Of a stretch of DNA of 64,000 nucleotides, positions 13,060-25,345 are shown piece after piece. Origin of the DNA: Octopus vulgaris (taxonomy: Eukaryota). A program made the position numbers and the translations under genes. The number at the start of each line of letters is the position of its first letter. The stretch's first letter is position 1. Location of the stretch: positions 89,652,001-89,716,000 of the forward strand of contig OX597817.1 of the NCBI GenBank assembly GCA_951406725.2, read 5' to 3'. The notes beneath the pieces were generated by a model that was not told the DNA's origin, did not search any database, and saw only the letters and a program-made list of their open reading frames with translations.

Positions 13060-13178
13060 GACCCTTCATCAGTTGTTAGCTGTTTATCTACTCCACATTT
13101 CGAGCAATTACAAGATATGCCTTCGAGGAAGCGGTTGCTCCCGCAACCCAAAATAAAATTTGGGATTTGCGGAGGGTC
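13060..13178 (-). ncRNA. Permuted hammerhead-like ribozyme motif (stem I shortened by a 3-nt deletion)
   Basis: GACCCU-hairpin-GAGCAA...AUAU C UUG UAA UUGCUC GAA AUGU...UAACAA CUGAUGA AGGGUC. Confidence 0.6.
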
Positions 13179-13735
13179 AAAGTTGGTAACAAAAACAGGA
13201 CAGTGAAAGCAAAACAGTGAGCGCTGCTAATCTATGACAAGGTGAGGTGGCTTCCCTCTCTCTCTCTATCTCTCTCTCCTCTCTCTCTCTCTCTCTTTCT
13301 CTCCCTCTCTCTCTCTCTCTCTTCCTCTCCCTCTTTCTCTCTCTCTCTCTCTCTTTCATCCCCTTTCGTTTCCTCTCTCTTCTTTCCTCTAATTCTCTTT
13401 ATCTCCCCTTTTCCTTCTTTCGTTTATTTCTCTCTCATCCTGTCTCCAATTTTTTCTCCCCTTCACCGCTTTCTATGTGTCTCTCTCTCTTTCTCACTCT
13501 TTCTCCTTTACTCCCTCGTTGCTCACACGTGAGCACTAGCCATCTTTCTTTTCTTAACTTGAGCTTCTTTCTTTCCTTCTGGTCTGTCGTACAGATCAGA
13601 CGCATTCTTTTCTGTCTCCTCTATTTTCTTTCCTCCTGTCAAAGCTTGTTCCTCCAGCATTCGCCACCTCACCTTGTCATAGATTAGCAGCGCTCACTGT
13701 TTTGCTTTCACTGTCCTGTTTTTGTTACCAACTTT

Positions 13736-13857
13736 GACCCTCCGCAAATCCCAAATTTTATTTTGGGTTGCGGGAGCAACCGCTTCTTCGAAGGCACATC
13801 TTGTCGTAATTGCTCGAAATGTAGAGTAGATAAACAGCCGATAACTGATGAAGGATC
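13736..13857 (+). ncRNA. Permuted, pseudoknotted hammerhead-like ribozyme motif, core intact
   Basis: Stem III ACAU/AUGU, cleavage triplet AUC (C13800), stem I UUGUCG/CGAUAA, CUGAUGA 13845-13851, GAA 13816-13818, stem II GAGCAA/UUGCUC, closing helix GACCCU/AGGAUC. Confidence 0.7.
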
Positions 13858-13985
13858 GTGCTTTATGTTACTTGTCTTTTTTTCCATTTGTAACTTTCGT
13901 TGTTCGCAAAAAAGAGTTCGTAGTCCATGTTTTCGTATTTCGTATTTCATGTTGTTAACGTTTTGTGACGTCCTGTACTTATATA

Positions 13986-14040
<55 letters not shown>

Positions 14041-14041
<1 letters not shown>

Positions 14042-14253
14042 TAACGGGAAAGTTTACGAAAATAAACAAAAAACGAAGGCAGGTGGAGTACAAACAAACA
14101 AGTGTATTAGTATAGCGCTCAGGAATAGAAATAGAAAAAGTCGTTTACGTTTCGAGCCTACGCTCTTCGACAGAAAGATACACAGAAAAAAACAAGGAGA
14201 GAAACAAGGAGAGAAAAAAATGCGTGTAGAAGCTAACGATCTATCATGGCGTC
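14041..14253 (-). mobile_element. Penelope-like element terminal fragment with minimal hammerhead
   Basis: Closely matches 49443-49655 and 59168-59380; flanked by TA runs; hammerhead-like motif at 14141-14178. Confidence 0.8.
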
Positions 14254-14371
14254 CTATATATACATATATATGTAAGTGTATGTATATATGCACATATATT
14301 TATGTATGTGCATGTGTGTGTGTGTGTGTATGTATGTATATATAATACATATATTTATGTACGTATGTATG

Positions 14372-14402
<31 letters not shown>

Positions 14403-14780
14403 TTGTTTGCATGCGTATGCATAAGTGTTTGCATGCGTATGCGTAAGCGTATGGTCATAGTTAGTCTGAATTCTAACTAACTTGGCAGAAATAGAGTTTA
14501 AATACACAACAGTAGGGAATTATTGTAAAAATAATGCTTAAATACTAGTTAACAGAACAACGAGAGATTTCAGTTCTATGAAGTTCTTCGTAAACAAGAC
14601 AAATATAGTATCTTAGTTTACTTTATTAGTACACTATGTATAATAAGGTGAGTGTGTGTGTTTATCTATCTACCTATCTATTATGTCCTCTTTCTCTCCT
14701 TTTACGTGAAACTCCCCTTCCTTTTTTTTTTTTTTTTTTTATCTAAATGTATATGTAGGTGAGCCCTGTGTGGCTAATGT

Positions 14781-14850
<70 letters not shown>

Positions 14851-15263
14851 GTCTGTCTGTCTGTCCGTCTGTCTGTCTGTCTATCCATTTATTCCATTTA
14901 TCTACCTCTTCATGTGTGTGTGTGTGGGGTGTATGTATATGTGTGTGTGTGTGCGCATGCGCAAGGGTGTGTGCCTCGTACAGAATTTTTCACGTGACTG
15001 GATGGTGACCGTGGCAGGTACCCAAATTCTTGTGAGAGAAGGGACCGAGTCAAGGCTTTCTTCTCCATACAAAAAGAAAAGAAAATTGAGTGACTTTTCG
15101 CTGTTAACAACGTATTAATTACATCCACGATAAATTAACTTACATAGTGACTTCTGTCCTTGTACCTACAGCCCACATAAGAGGATAGTTAGCCTGGCTC
15201 GCACGCATGAACACACACACATAGATATAGATAGATAGGTAGGTAGATAGATAGATAGGTAGG

Positions 15264-15323
<60 letters not shown>

Positions 15324-15364
15324 CAGACAGATAGACAGATAGACAGACAGACAGACAGATAGAC

Positions 15365-15498
<134 letters not shown>

Positions 15499-16534
15499 GC
15501 AGACAGACTGACTGACAGACTGGCAGATAGACTTGATCAAATGTGTAAGAAAAACTTGAAAGAGATCACAAACTGGTTACCTCTTTGCACTCTCAATGAG
15601 AAATAGACTGAGAGGAAGCTGCCCTTGAAATATAGGATTGAAGTAGCTGTCGTTTATTTCACTTCTATAGTATGTCTACCGTTCTTTGTCCTGAGAATCA
15701 TTAATGAGATTGGAGCATTTTTTCTTTTGCATCTTGAGGTCGATAGGAGAACCATCTGCTGTCAGCAGTCGTTCCGGACGGATCTGGAATATCGTGGCTG
15801 ATGATACATATGCATGATGAAACTGACATGTCTGCAGCGATTTTGTGGTGATGACGACAGTGAACAAGTCTGGTCGTCATTCGTGAGTCACGTCTTTCTG
15901 CTGATCTCTCTTTAATTGAGCTTCAGTCTTGAGACATGTACAAACCGAGGATGGACGTTTGGCATCTGAAATGTTGCTGGGTACTTTCTGAACTCTATAA
16001 GTTGGACACTGTGATGAGTGGAAAGTCCAACCACTGTATTCTATTGTGAGTCAGCGGAGATATGAGCGTCGATGGCTTAGAAATGATTCTATGTATTGAC
16101 GAGAATAGTCTCTTCTGGGGTTGTCGATTAAGGACAATTTCCAGAATGATTTGAGCTACAAGTGCTATAGATGGACATTACCTGTTGACGGCCAATTTTC
16201 CTGGCAATGAATTACCAACAACTAAATGTGTCCGATATATGCGCTGAATGAGGAAGCCATCTATACATTACAGATTTATAGGTTTATGTTGAACAGCAGG
16301 AAGAATCAGATTGTTAGCGAAAGGAAGGAAGAAAGAAATAATGAAAGGAAAAAGGAAAAAAGAAAGAAAGAATGAGTGAAAGAAATGCAGAAGGGGAGAA
16401 TGAATGAATGAATGGAAGAGAGGAAAGTCGAAAGAAAGAAAGAATGATAGAATGAATGATTGAATGAAAGTAAGAAAGAAAAGAAGAAAGGAAGATTGAA
16501 AGAAGAAGAAAGAAAGAAAGGAAGATTGAAAGAA

Positions 16535-16567
<33 letters not shown>

Positions 16568-16579
16568 AAAAGAAAGAAA

Positions 16580-16611
<32 letters not shown>

Positions 16612-17210
16612 AAATGAAAGAAAGAAAAATGAAAGAAAGAAAAATGAAAGAAAAAAGTGAATGTATGAAAGAATTAATAAAAGGGTAGGAGAAAGTAAGA
16701 GGAATAGAAAGAAAGGTGACAAAAGAAAAAAACGAAAACAGAAAAAATGCAAAAGGACAGACAACAATATGAGGGAAAAGAAAAGAAAGATGAACATTGG
16801 AAGAACGGAAGACAGAAAGACGATGAACGAGGAGACAGAAAGGAAACTGAGACGAAAAGAGAGAAAAGACATGAGGAAATGCAGACGATATTTGAAGAAA
16901 ACGAGAAAAAATATTAAAAAATGATATTAAAAAAGATATCAAAAGATAAAACAAAAACACCCAGGAAGATGTCAGACGACAGCAGAGGAAAAACTGAAGA
17001 GAAGTTTAAAGGAAGATAAGAAGTAGTCAACAGGTGAGTAAAAGAAAGGGAAAATAGAACTGAATAATTTAACTTTTTCTTTTTTGCTTCTAGTTAACTC
17101 TCTAGCGGAGAGATTAATTCAAGTCATTTCCTTTATATCCCCACCCATCCTCTCTCTCTCCCTCTCTCCCTTTGTATTTTCTTTTCCTCTCTCTGACTCT
17201 CTCTCTCGCA

Positions 17211-17244
<34 letters not shown>

Positions 17245-18129
17245 CTATTTCTTTCTCCGACTTTCTTGTTCACACTATCTTTTACTATTCCATCCTCTCG
17301 CTCTATCTCGCACACTCTAATGCATCGTATATATTGATGTATGTTAATAAAGAAATAGTATATATTGATGTATGTATGAATGTATGTGTGTATACATGTA
17401 TATCATTGTCTAAATGCGTGTATGTACGTATTTATACACACGCGCGCGCACACGCACACACACATGCAAACAAACGCGTGCGCATTTTGCATCATTTATA
17501 GTATTAAATATAAATTAACCAATGAAAGCTAAGCACGTGTTGTTCATTGATTATTAAATCTCTATATAAGGAAAATTACGTGTGTTTGCCTGTCACGGTT
17601 ATCCAACTTCCTGTTTTAGAAGATCGTGTAAGTTTGATTGTTTCATTTTACAAACCCTACGGAGTATCTACTACATTTCCATTTAAGAAAGGTTGAAACC
17701 TGGTAAAGAGTCACAACATGAAAACAATAAGCAAAAGTGGCGAAGGAATTTAAAACGACAAGATGTGTGAATGAAAAGCCCCAAATTTGAGCATCCATCA
17801 CTACACAGAGTTTGGATCTCCTACATTAATGAGTCAAAAACGACGTGGAGAGCGATGGCATACTACTCTATTAGATAGAACAGTGCTTCTGCTACATACA
17901 TAAACATTCAAGATGACTTTCTAAACAAGACGCTCTGTCTGACTAGTGTTCAGTTGCCTACAAATACATTTCCAACATCTGACCCATCAACTTGTTCTCT
18001 CCTCCTCATTTCCGTGTCTTTATCGCCAAAACTACAACGAAGTTTGGTCCCCGGAGGTGGCTGGAGTCGTGTTGTCTACATTTTTGCACTCCCGATTTGT
18101 TCTTTCCTCTTCCTATCAACCACATAGTA

Positions 18130-18658
18130 TAATGGTTCTCAGCCATGTTTTGCCTATGGACCCCTTTGATTCTTATTTTACTCAGAATGGGGTGTGGTGT
18201 GGGGAAGCCTTATAGCCATTCGATATCTAAAAACTTCTATCAATTTTTTATGATTAAATATTATTAGGAATACAGAAGGAAACATTTTTCATATTTTGTG
18301 TATTGCAGAAGTATAAACAATTTATTGCACATAGGTTTCAACTACAAAATCTTATCTGGACCCCAAGGGCTATATGGAGCCTGGATGAGAGCCACTAATG
18401 TAGTGTTTAGCCCAGTCATTCTCAATCATTTTTTGCCTATGGACTCCCTTTCATTGCTATTTTACTCTACAAGACCTCCATAGCCATTCGATATACATAA
18501 TTAAAATCCCCTTGTATTTTTATAATTAAATATTATTAGGAATTGTATTTTTAAAAATGTATAGTAGAAGTATAACCAAATTTATTGCTCATAAATTTTA
18601 ACAACAGAATCTTATATGGGCTCCCAAAGGTCGTATAGACCCCGGTTGCGAACCACTG
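18130..18658. mobile_element. Two tandem hAT (Charlie-like) MITE copies
   Basis: Two ~250-bp units with tggttctca...ttttgcctatgga starts; the second ends ggttgcgaaccactg. Same family as 29959-30599. Confidence 0.7.
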
Positions 18659-18856
18659 ACTAGACTCTAGTGGCCTCAGCCACTATGCCCAATTATTCCT
18701 CCTCAAATGTAGAATTCACTCTCTGCTTATGTTTAATCAGCTATCAAACTTGAAGTTGTTCAAAAGAGACATGGACCATGTCCATCTTAACAGACTTTGA
18801 TGGTTGCCAATAACATGGACATGTATTCTACCTCTACAAAATTCTTTTGTTTTCAT

Positions 18857-18887
<31 letters not shown>

Positions 18888-19139
18888 TTGAGATTTTGAA
18901 CTGGGATACTAATCTACCAGAACTCACTCTGAGACGTCATCAATTCTAAAAGTGTGCAACTCATTGTATGTGTGTAGTCCACAGCTACTTCTTTTCTGTC
19001 ACTACGTTGGATGCAGGCAGCCATAGTAGTGACGTATAGAAGTTTATTTCGCAATCACGTGTTTCCGAATTCTGTCTCATTGCATGACATCTTGCGCAAG
19101 TATTCGCTACCATAGCAGTTAGGTTGATCAATACATATT

Positions 19140-19288
19140 TTTTAAAGCCTGGTACTCATTCTATCACTCTTATGCATGCCGAACTAACTGACGGAGGCGT
19201 GAAAAAGCAACACTGATTGTTAACACACATACAAACACACACACATAAACACACATACACGCGCACATACACACGTTATATATATATG

Positions 19289-19322
<34 letters not shown>

Positions 19323-19455
19323 GATGGATATTTCTTTCAGTTTGCTTCAACTAAATCAACTAACAAGGCTTGCTCTGCTCAAGGTGCCATGCAGAGGGAC
19401 TAAACTCGGAACCATGTAGTTGCAAAGCAAATTTCTTACCATACAGCCGCGCCAG
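19140..19455 (-). mobile_element. CORE-like SINE, decayed
   Basis: aaggtgccatgcagagggactaaactcggaaccatg...cttaccatacagccgcgcc. Confidence 0.65.
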
Positions 19456-19481
19456 TGCTTGTATATATGTGTGTGTGTATG

Positions 19482-19540
<59 letters not shown>

Positions 19541-19789
19541 GAATATATATATGTATGTGAGTGAGTAAGTGAATGAGTGAGTGAGTGAGTGAGTGAGTGA
19601 GTGAGTGAGTGAGTGAGTGAATGAGTGAGTGAGTGAGTGAGTGAGTAAGTGAGTGAGTGAGTGAGTGAGTGAGTGAGTAAGTGAGTGAGTGAGTGAGTGA
19701 GTGAGTGTGTAAGTGTGTGGAGAGAGAGAGGAGATTTATTTAAAAAAGAAAGCTTTTTATAAAAAATATTGCTTTCATTCACATCTAAG

Positions 19790-20165
19790 TCAATTTTTTC
19801 TCTTTGAAGATAATGCACCGCTCCTGAATTTTTTCACTTTCTGGAACACATCCTGTAATATGTTCTGTTCTCTGAGCGAATTTTCTCCAATCTCTTCTAT
19901 CGTCTGAAATCAGTCACTTTTCACGTTGAATTTTAATTTTGGAAACAAAAGTTTGCTTGCGACGAATCCGCAAAAAAGTCGTGGACATGGAGTAGCACGA
20001 AAGCCAGGGCTTTGTTGTGGTGTTGCATCCTATTTCTGTTTGATCATGCTCAGGTGTCTTACTTTATACTGCCTTCCTCGAACGTCTTAGGACATCATTA
20101 ACATTTCTTTTTCACTGTCTGGCAATGTTGAACAAGTTCAAATGAACGACGCGCTTCCAATCTTT
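19790..20165 (-). pseudogene. Mariner transposase C-terminal remnant
   Basis: Minus frames give VVHxELVQHCQTV..DVLRRSRKAV, WMQHHNKALA, LFPKLKFNVK..FQTIEEIGENSLRE and ERCI, matching the mariner catalytic-domain C-terminus, with stops. Confidence 0.75.
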
Positions 20166-20557
20166 GGACTAATTGGTGTATGTCAGTTAGTGTGTTGATG
20201 TGTTGAGTAAAACACAAGCACAATTTGGGCTACCTGTTGTCATCTGCAGTTGGGGTATATTTCCGTTGGATCTACTTCAGGAATTCCGCAGTGTTAGTTG
20301 AAATAATAATCGATTAAGTAAAACAGAAGATAGATTTAGTATTTATCTTTATTGTGTACCACGTTCGTTTCGACCCATCCTGCAACTGTCTCCAATGAGT
20401 GGGATGCTGTGTATCATAATGTGTTGCATCAATTTGCAGTCTGGGGCACACCAGGTACATTCATATATAAAATAGTGTTTTGCCAAAGGTCTTGAGTTTG
20501 GGCAGTCATGCTGATATTTGCCCGCTTCATTCCGTAACTGTTTTACTTAATCGATTA
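20165..20557. repeat. Dispersed repeat with 20-bp inverted termini and a decayed hammerhead-like fold
   Basis: 20165-20290 is similar to 51076-51203; taatcgattaagtaaaacag (20307-20326) is inverted at 20538-20557. Confidence 0.5.
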
Positions 20558-20589
20558 TATATATATATATATATATATATAGTGAATTG

Positions 20590-20790
20590 AATAAAGAAGA
20601 ACAAACAAGTAAAAAATAACAACGCGAGGACGTGGTACAATTACTGTATTATCAGACGCTCAGGAAAGGAAAGAAAGAGGATTTTTCGTTTCGAGCAAAG
20701 CTCTTCTTCGGAAATAGAGGAAAGTTCAAAAGAATGTAAGACGGAGGAAAAAAATCGTCAAAGATACATACGTAGTTACATTTTGAAATA
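20590..20790 (-). mobile_element. Penelope-like terminal fragment (second subfamily)
   Basis: Hammerhead-like CCGAAGA-A-GAGC-uuu-GCUC-GAAA, then the ccugagcg...uaauac motif also seen in the 49443 family; flanked by (TA)n. Confidence 0.55.
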
Positions 20791-20884
20791 TATATATATA
20801 GGCGGTGCTTCAGCATGGCCGCAGTCAAATGACTGAAACAAATAAAAGAGTATATAATCATCTTTCTTGGAACGTGAGATACTA

Positions 20885-20916
<32 letters not shown>

Positions 20917-21216
20917 ATCATCTTTCTTGGACCGTGAGGGACTACCATCATATATATATATAAATGCATACAAAGACGGTTCTGCAATTTATAGCTTGAA
21001 AGCTGCATAAATGATCAAATGTTTATGCGATAGATTAACTACACGACATACCTACATCAGATACACGGCGTACTACATGCTAAGTGTCAAAATGATCATA
21101 TAGCAGCATGCGATGAAGTATTTTAGTGAAGAACACAACATTCCACGCGGTCTTGGAATGGCAACCACGATCTTGCAGTCCTGCGTACAACACCTTAAAC
21201 ACTAGGCCATGCGCCC

Positions 21217-21254
<38 letters not shown>

Positions 21255-23269
21255 GACAGACAGATAGATATACGTGTGTGTATGTACGCACTCATTTTCG
21301 TTTTTTTTTTGTTTTTGTTTTGTTTTTCGTAACTAAGAAGTTGGAAATATTAACTACTTATTGTATAGTAAAATACTTATTTATCTGCAACTTCTGCTTC
21401 GCCCTGTCTCTATTTAGAATTTCCGGCTCCAAGTCCGTTCAGGCCAAATATAATGAAAACTATATACATTGCGCCTGATCGAATGTCAAGAGTGGAAACC
21501 TACGAGTAGCGAAAGAGTGAGCTGCCAGCTGTGTATAAATGACTATTTCCTGTAACAATAGTTTGATGAAGATTAAACGATCAGCAATTATATCAAACAG
21601 TCTTGACTAACCCTGTCTCTTTGTTTTCAAACATGATATATTCTGAAACAGAAATAAAAGAATATAACCAAACGTTTCTCCGTTTCAAACCATAAAAGAT
21701 TCGGAAGCAAGCAAATATTAAGATAAATTTCAAACTTACCAAGTTTTAGAAAGGATTTGGAAAATTAATGATAGTCTACAAAGTTAGTAAACACTCGGAA
21801 GGTAACTTGTATTAGGATAAACTTAGAAAACACTGCGCATTACGATAAACTGGAAGGCGAATAAGTATTAGGACAGACACGGAAGTCGCAACCGACAAAT
21901 CTATTTATGTAGCCGGTCAGGCAACGTGCCCGAACTAATACAACTCTTCCATGCCAGATGTCTCAGTCTCCCACAGCAGTATTCACATCCTAAGCTTGAT
22001 ATCTAGTGTCTTCTAAAGGTTGATTGATATATGCTCTTCTTGGTTTGCCGATAGCTATATATGTCTGCGCGGGTTACCAGAGAAGGAGATCGCTGTATAT
22101 TTCATCCTTGGTTCTGCAGCAGTCCAGCATAACGCGTTCTTTCTCTGATTACGGTATTTATTGGGAACAGAGGTAGTGTTAATACCGAGAAGTAATATCT
22201 ATCCTCACTTAAACGTGGATGTTCTATTAGAACAAACTTTACTGCTGTGGTTACCATGAGAAAAGCTCTCATATTGGCTTTGGGTGCAAAATGCACTCTT
22301 CCTTATATTGCTTGCAGGGTGAAAAAATACCGCCGCCTTTTGCGCCAAGACCACCAGATCAGGTGATTTCGACATTCCTCGATCTTATCAGTGATGGACG
22401 CTCGGCTGCTGGAGATAGCTGATTTCAGTGGTAAGGAAGACTGCAAAACAGTCGCTGTTTTGTAGGGAGTTGCTGCCAAGAAAGATTGATGACTGCACGA
22501 AGCATTCTCGTATATGTACCGTCAAGCTTCTTTTAAAGTCTCTGTTTAGTGTTTATGTTAAAGAGCTATAAAAAAATGTACCGATTCAACGACTGCTTTA
22601 AAGAAACCCCATTTCATGTTGCCAGGAAGAATTATATTTCATATAATTCTGACTCTGTCTCGGACATTCCATACTTTTGCAATCCTAATCTGATAAAACT
22701 GACTGGAAATTAACAACCATTAAGACAAACTTAAGAGAAAAGCAAGGATTAGGAAGGATTTGAAGACTAGAGACTATTAAGGGACTTGGGAGAAAGTATT
22801 AGAACGGACTGGGATGCTAGTAAGTGTAGAGACATCAATATTAAAACTGAAATTTTCTAGTTGTATTATACAGCTACACCTGCTCTAGAATATTTAATAT
22901 CTCTACAAAGTTTCGTCATTAAACTAGATTGAAAAAGTTTACAAAAACTGACTGAAATATATTCTTATAAAACTTGTTATTTCTATTAGTGAAGTAGTGT
23001 AGATTTTATCATTTTAACTTTTGGCTTTTACTTCCTAAGAATCTTTAGAATTTTGATGTCGCGTAAGAAATATTCAAGTGACTTTTTGCACTTCAGCAGT
23101 TATACGTTCCAAAACCTTTACACTTTCTGATAAGCTTTAAATTCTTCCTTTGCACCTGCCCTAACACCTCTGAGAAAACCTACAGCTATTCGGTTCTCCC
23201 ACACACTCGCATACACATGAACACATAGAAGGTAAGCACCTACCAAACTACCAATCTACAAAGGCACAC

Positions 23270-23313
<44 letters not shown>

Positions 23314-23569
23314 TACATACATACATACATACATACATACAAACATACACATACATACATGATAGCTATGACTCGATTTCGAGCAATACCATCGCTTTTC
23401 TAAAGCCTCAGTACCACGGCTGTGTCTCTTCAGCCTTGCTAGTGCGCTACACCTTTTTGCATAGATGTGGTAATGATGTGTGCCTCTTGCATGAGGTGTC
23501 CAGACAGCTTACTGTATGCTTTTATTTCATCATAGAATTTTTCATTGAGTGTTATCTTTCTTTTTTCGG

Positions 23570-23600
<31 letters not shown>

Positions 23601-24084
23601 CATACATACATACATGCACACACACATACATACACACATACATACATACATACATACATACATACATACAAACATACATACAAACATACATACAAACATA
23701 CATACATACACACACATGCATACATACATACATACATACATACATACATACATACATGCATGCATGCCTGCATACATACATACATGAATGCATACATACA
23801 TACATACATACATACATACATACATACATACATACATACATACATGTGATTAGAAAAATACAAGAGAAAGAGGACATCTATTGACCATTGATAAGGAATT
23901 TGCAAATCCCATGCCCAAGATGCACTTTCATGCTTATTATTATTGGAGTAGCAGGATACGTTTCAAAACGTCTGGATCTAAGTGTGGCTGAACCTGGGAT
24001 CTTGAAAGAAAATGCAAATCTTTAATTTACGTGCAACAAATGATCACGACATATGGGTCTATCAAAATCTGCAAGTTTGTTCCT

Positions 24085-24372
24085 TCTCGAACCACGCCTG
24101 GCTCATAAGGGCCGGTTTCCCGGTTTACTTGGCGTATAGGTTCCCCACCTGGACGGGACGCCGGTCCGTCGCAGGTGAGCTGCAAGATACAGGAGGAAAG
24201 AGTGAGAGAAAGTTGTGGCGAAAGAGTCAGCAGAAGTTCGTCATTACCTTCTGCTGGAGCTGCGTGGAGCTTAGGTGTTCGCTCATAAACACACGCATCG
24301 CCCGGTCTGAGATTAGAACCCGCGATCTCTCGACGCGAGCCCGCTGCTCTAACCACTAGGCCATGTGCCACC
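24085..24372 (-). mobile_element. tRNA-derived SINE
   Basis: Head gtggcacatggcctagtggttagagcagcgggctcgcg...gggttctaatctc. aaaatctgcaag occurs on both flanks (possible TSD). Confidence 0.85.
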
Positions 24373-24969
24373 ACAAAATCTGCAAGACCGTCTTAAAATT
24401 TAAAAGATGAGGGTTAAAACAAGAGATTTTCCTTCACAATCTTGCTACTAAGTATGTGGTCGGTCAAAATTTACTCTAAATTAAAAAGAGAAAGAGAACA
24501 TACATACATACATACATACATACATACATACATACATACATACATACATACATACATACATACATACATACATACATACATGCATGCATACATACATGCA
24601 GCAGTCGTTCCAATAGCACCACCAGTCAAAGCTTTGGAAATGGTGGAGCAGGTCAACTCATAATCTATTTCGGAAGCAGGTGTCGAGGCCACCCGTCCTA
24701 TTAGTCAACCTCGTCCACTGGTGGAGATCAGATGGAGGATAGAACCTAAAAGTAAGTGGCCGACTGTTGTGGAGGCTAGGGAAAGGGAAAGAGAAAGTAG
24801 GGAAAAGTCACGAGCGAAGTAAAATGGTGTACAAAAGGCAGTAAGCGACCTCACTACTCAGTGAGAGAATGTGAGATTACACTGCCTCTGAGATTTATGC
24901 AGGGCTTTTACAAAGTTGGAATGATGACAACATATGGGAAAAAAGTTTCTGAGCCATTTACAAAAGACA

Positions 24970-25345
24970 TGCCAGACATGGTTGTGTTGTTAAGAAGCTC
25001 GCTTTGCAGCCACGTGATTTCGGGTTCAGTCCCGCTGTGCGCTACTTTGGGCAAATGTCTTCTACTATAATCTCGGGCCAACAAATGCCTTGTGAGTGAA
25101 TTGGGTGGATGAAAACTGTGTGAAAGACCGCTGTATATGTATATATGTGTGCATGTATGTGTATGTCTTTGTGTCTGCCCATCACCACCGCCATTGCCAA
25201 TTGGTATTATTTGCTTGCATCCGTAACTGAACTGTTTTAAGTGACAAGCTTTTAAAATATGTACTGGAACCGATTTGTTCGACTAAGCCCTTCAAAGTGG
25301 TACCCCAGCATGGCCGCAGTCCGATGACTGACACAAGTAAAGAAA
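24970..25345 (+). mobile_element. CORE-like SINE
   Basis: cgggttcagtcccgctg...ttgggcaaatgtcttctacta...cagcatggccgcagtc...acaagtaaa. Confidence 0.75.

Larger units (their letters stand above)
12950..13972. mobile_element. Non-coding Penelope-like element remnant: ~300-bp inverted arms around a CT-rich spacer
   Basis: 12950-13251 is the reverse complement of 13663-13972. Each arm carries a hammerhead-like motif pointing outward; both outer ends lie next to TA-rich microsatellites. Confidence 0.75.

Noticed and set aside
15600-16260. Complex sequence that may be an old LINE remnant (also 21900-22520, 26920-27230, 43500-43880)
   Set aside because: No motif could be read convincingly by eye; needs a translated search against repeat libraries.
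16268-16960. 230-aa Phe/Leu/Ser-rich ORF resembling a membrane protein
   Set aside because: Reverse complement of a GAAA-rich low-complexity tract.
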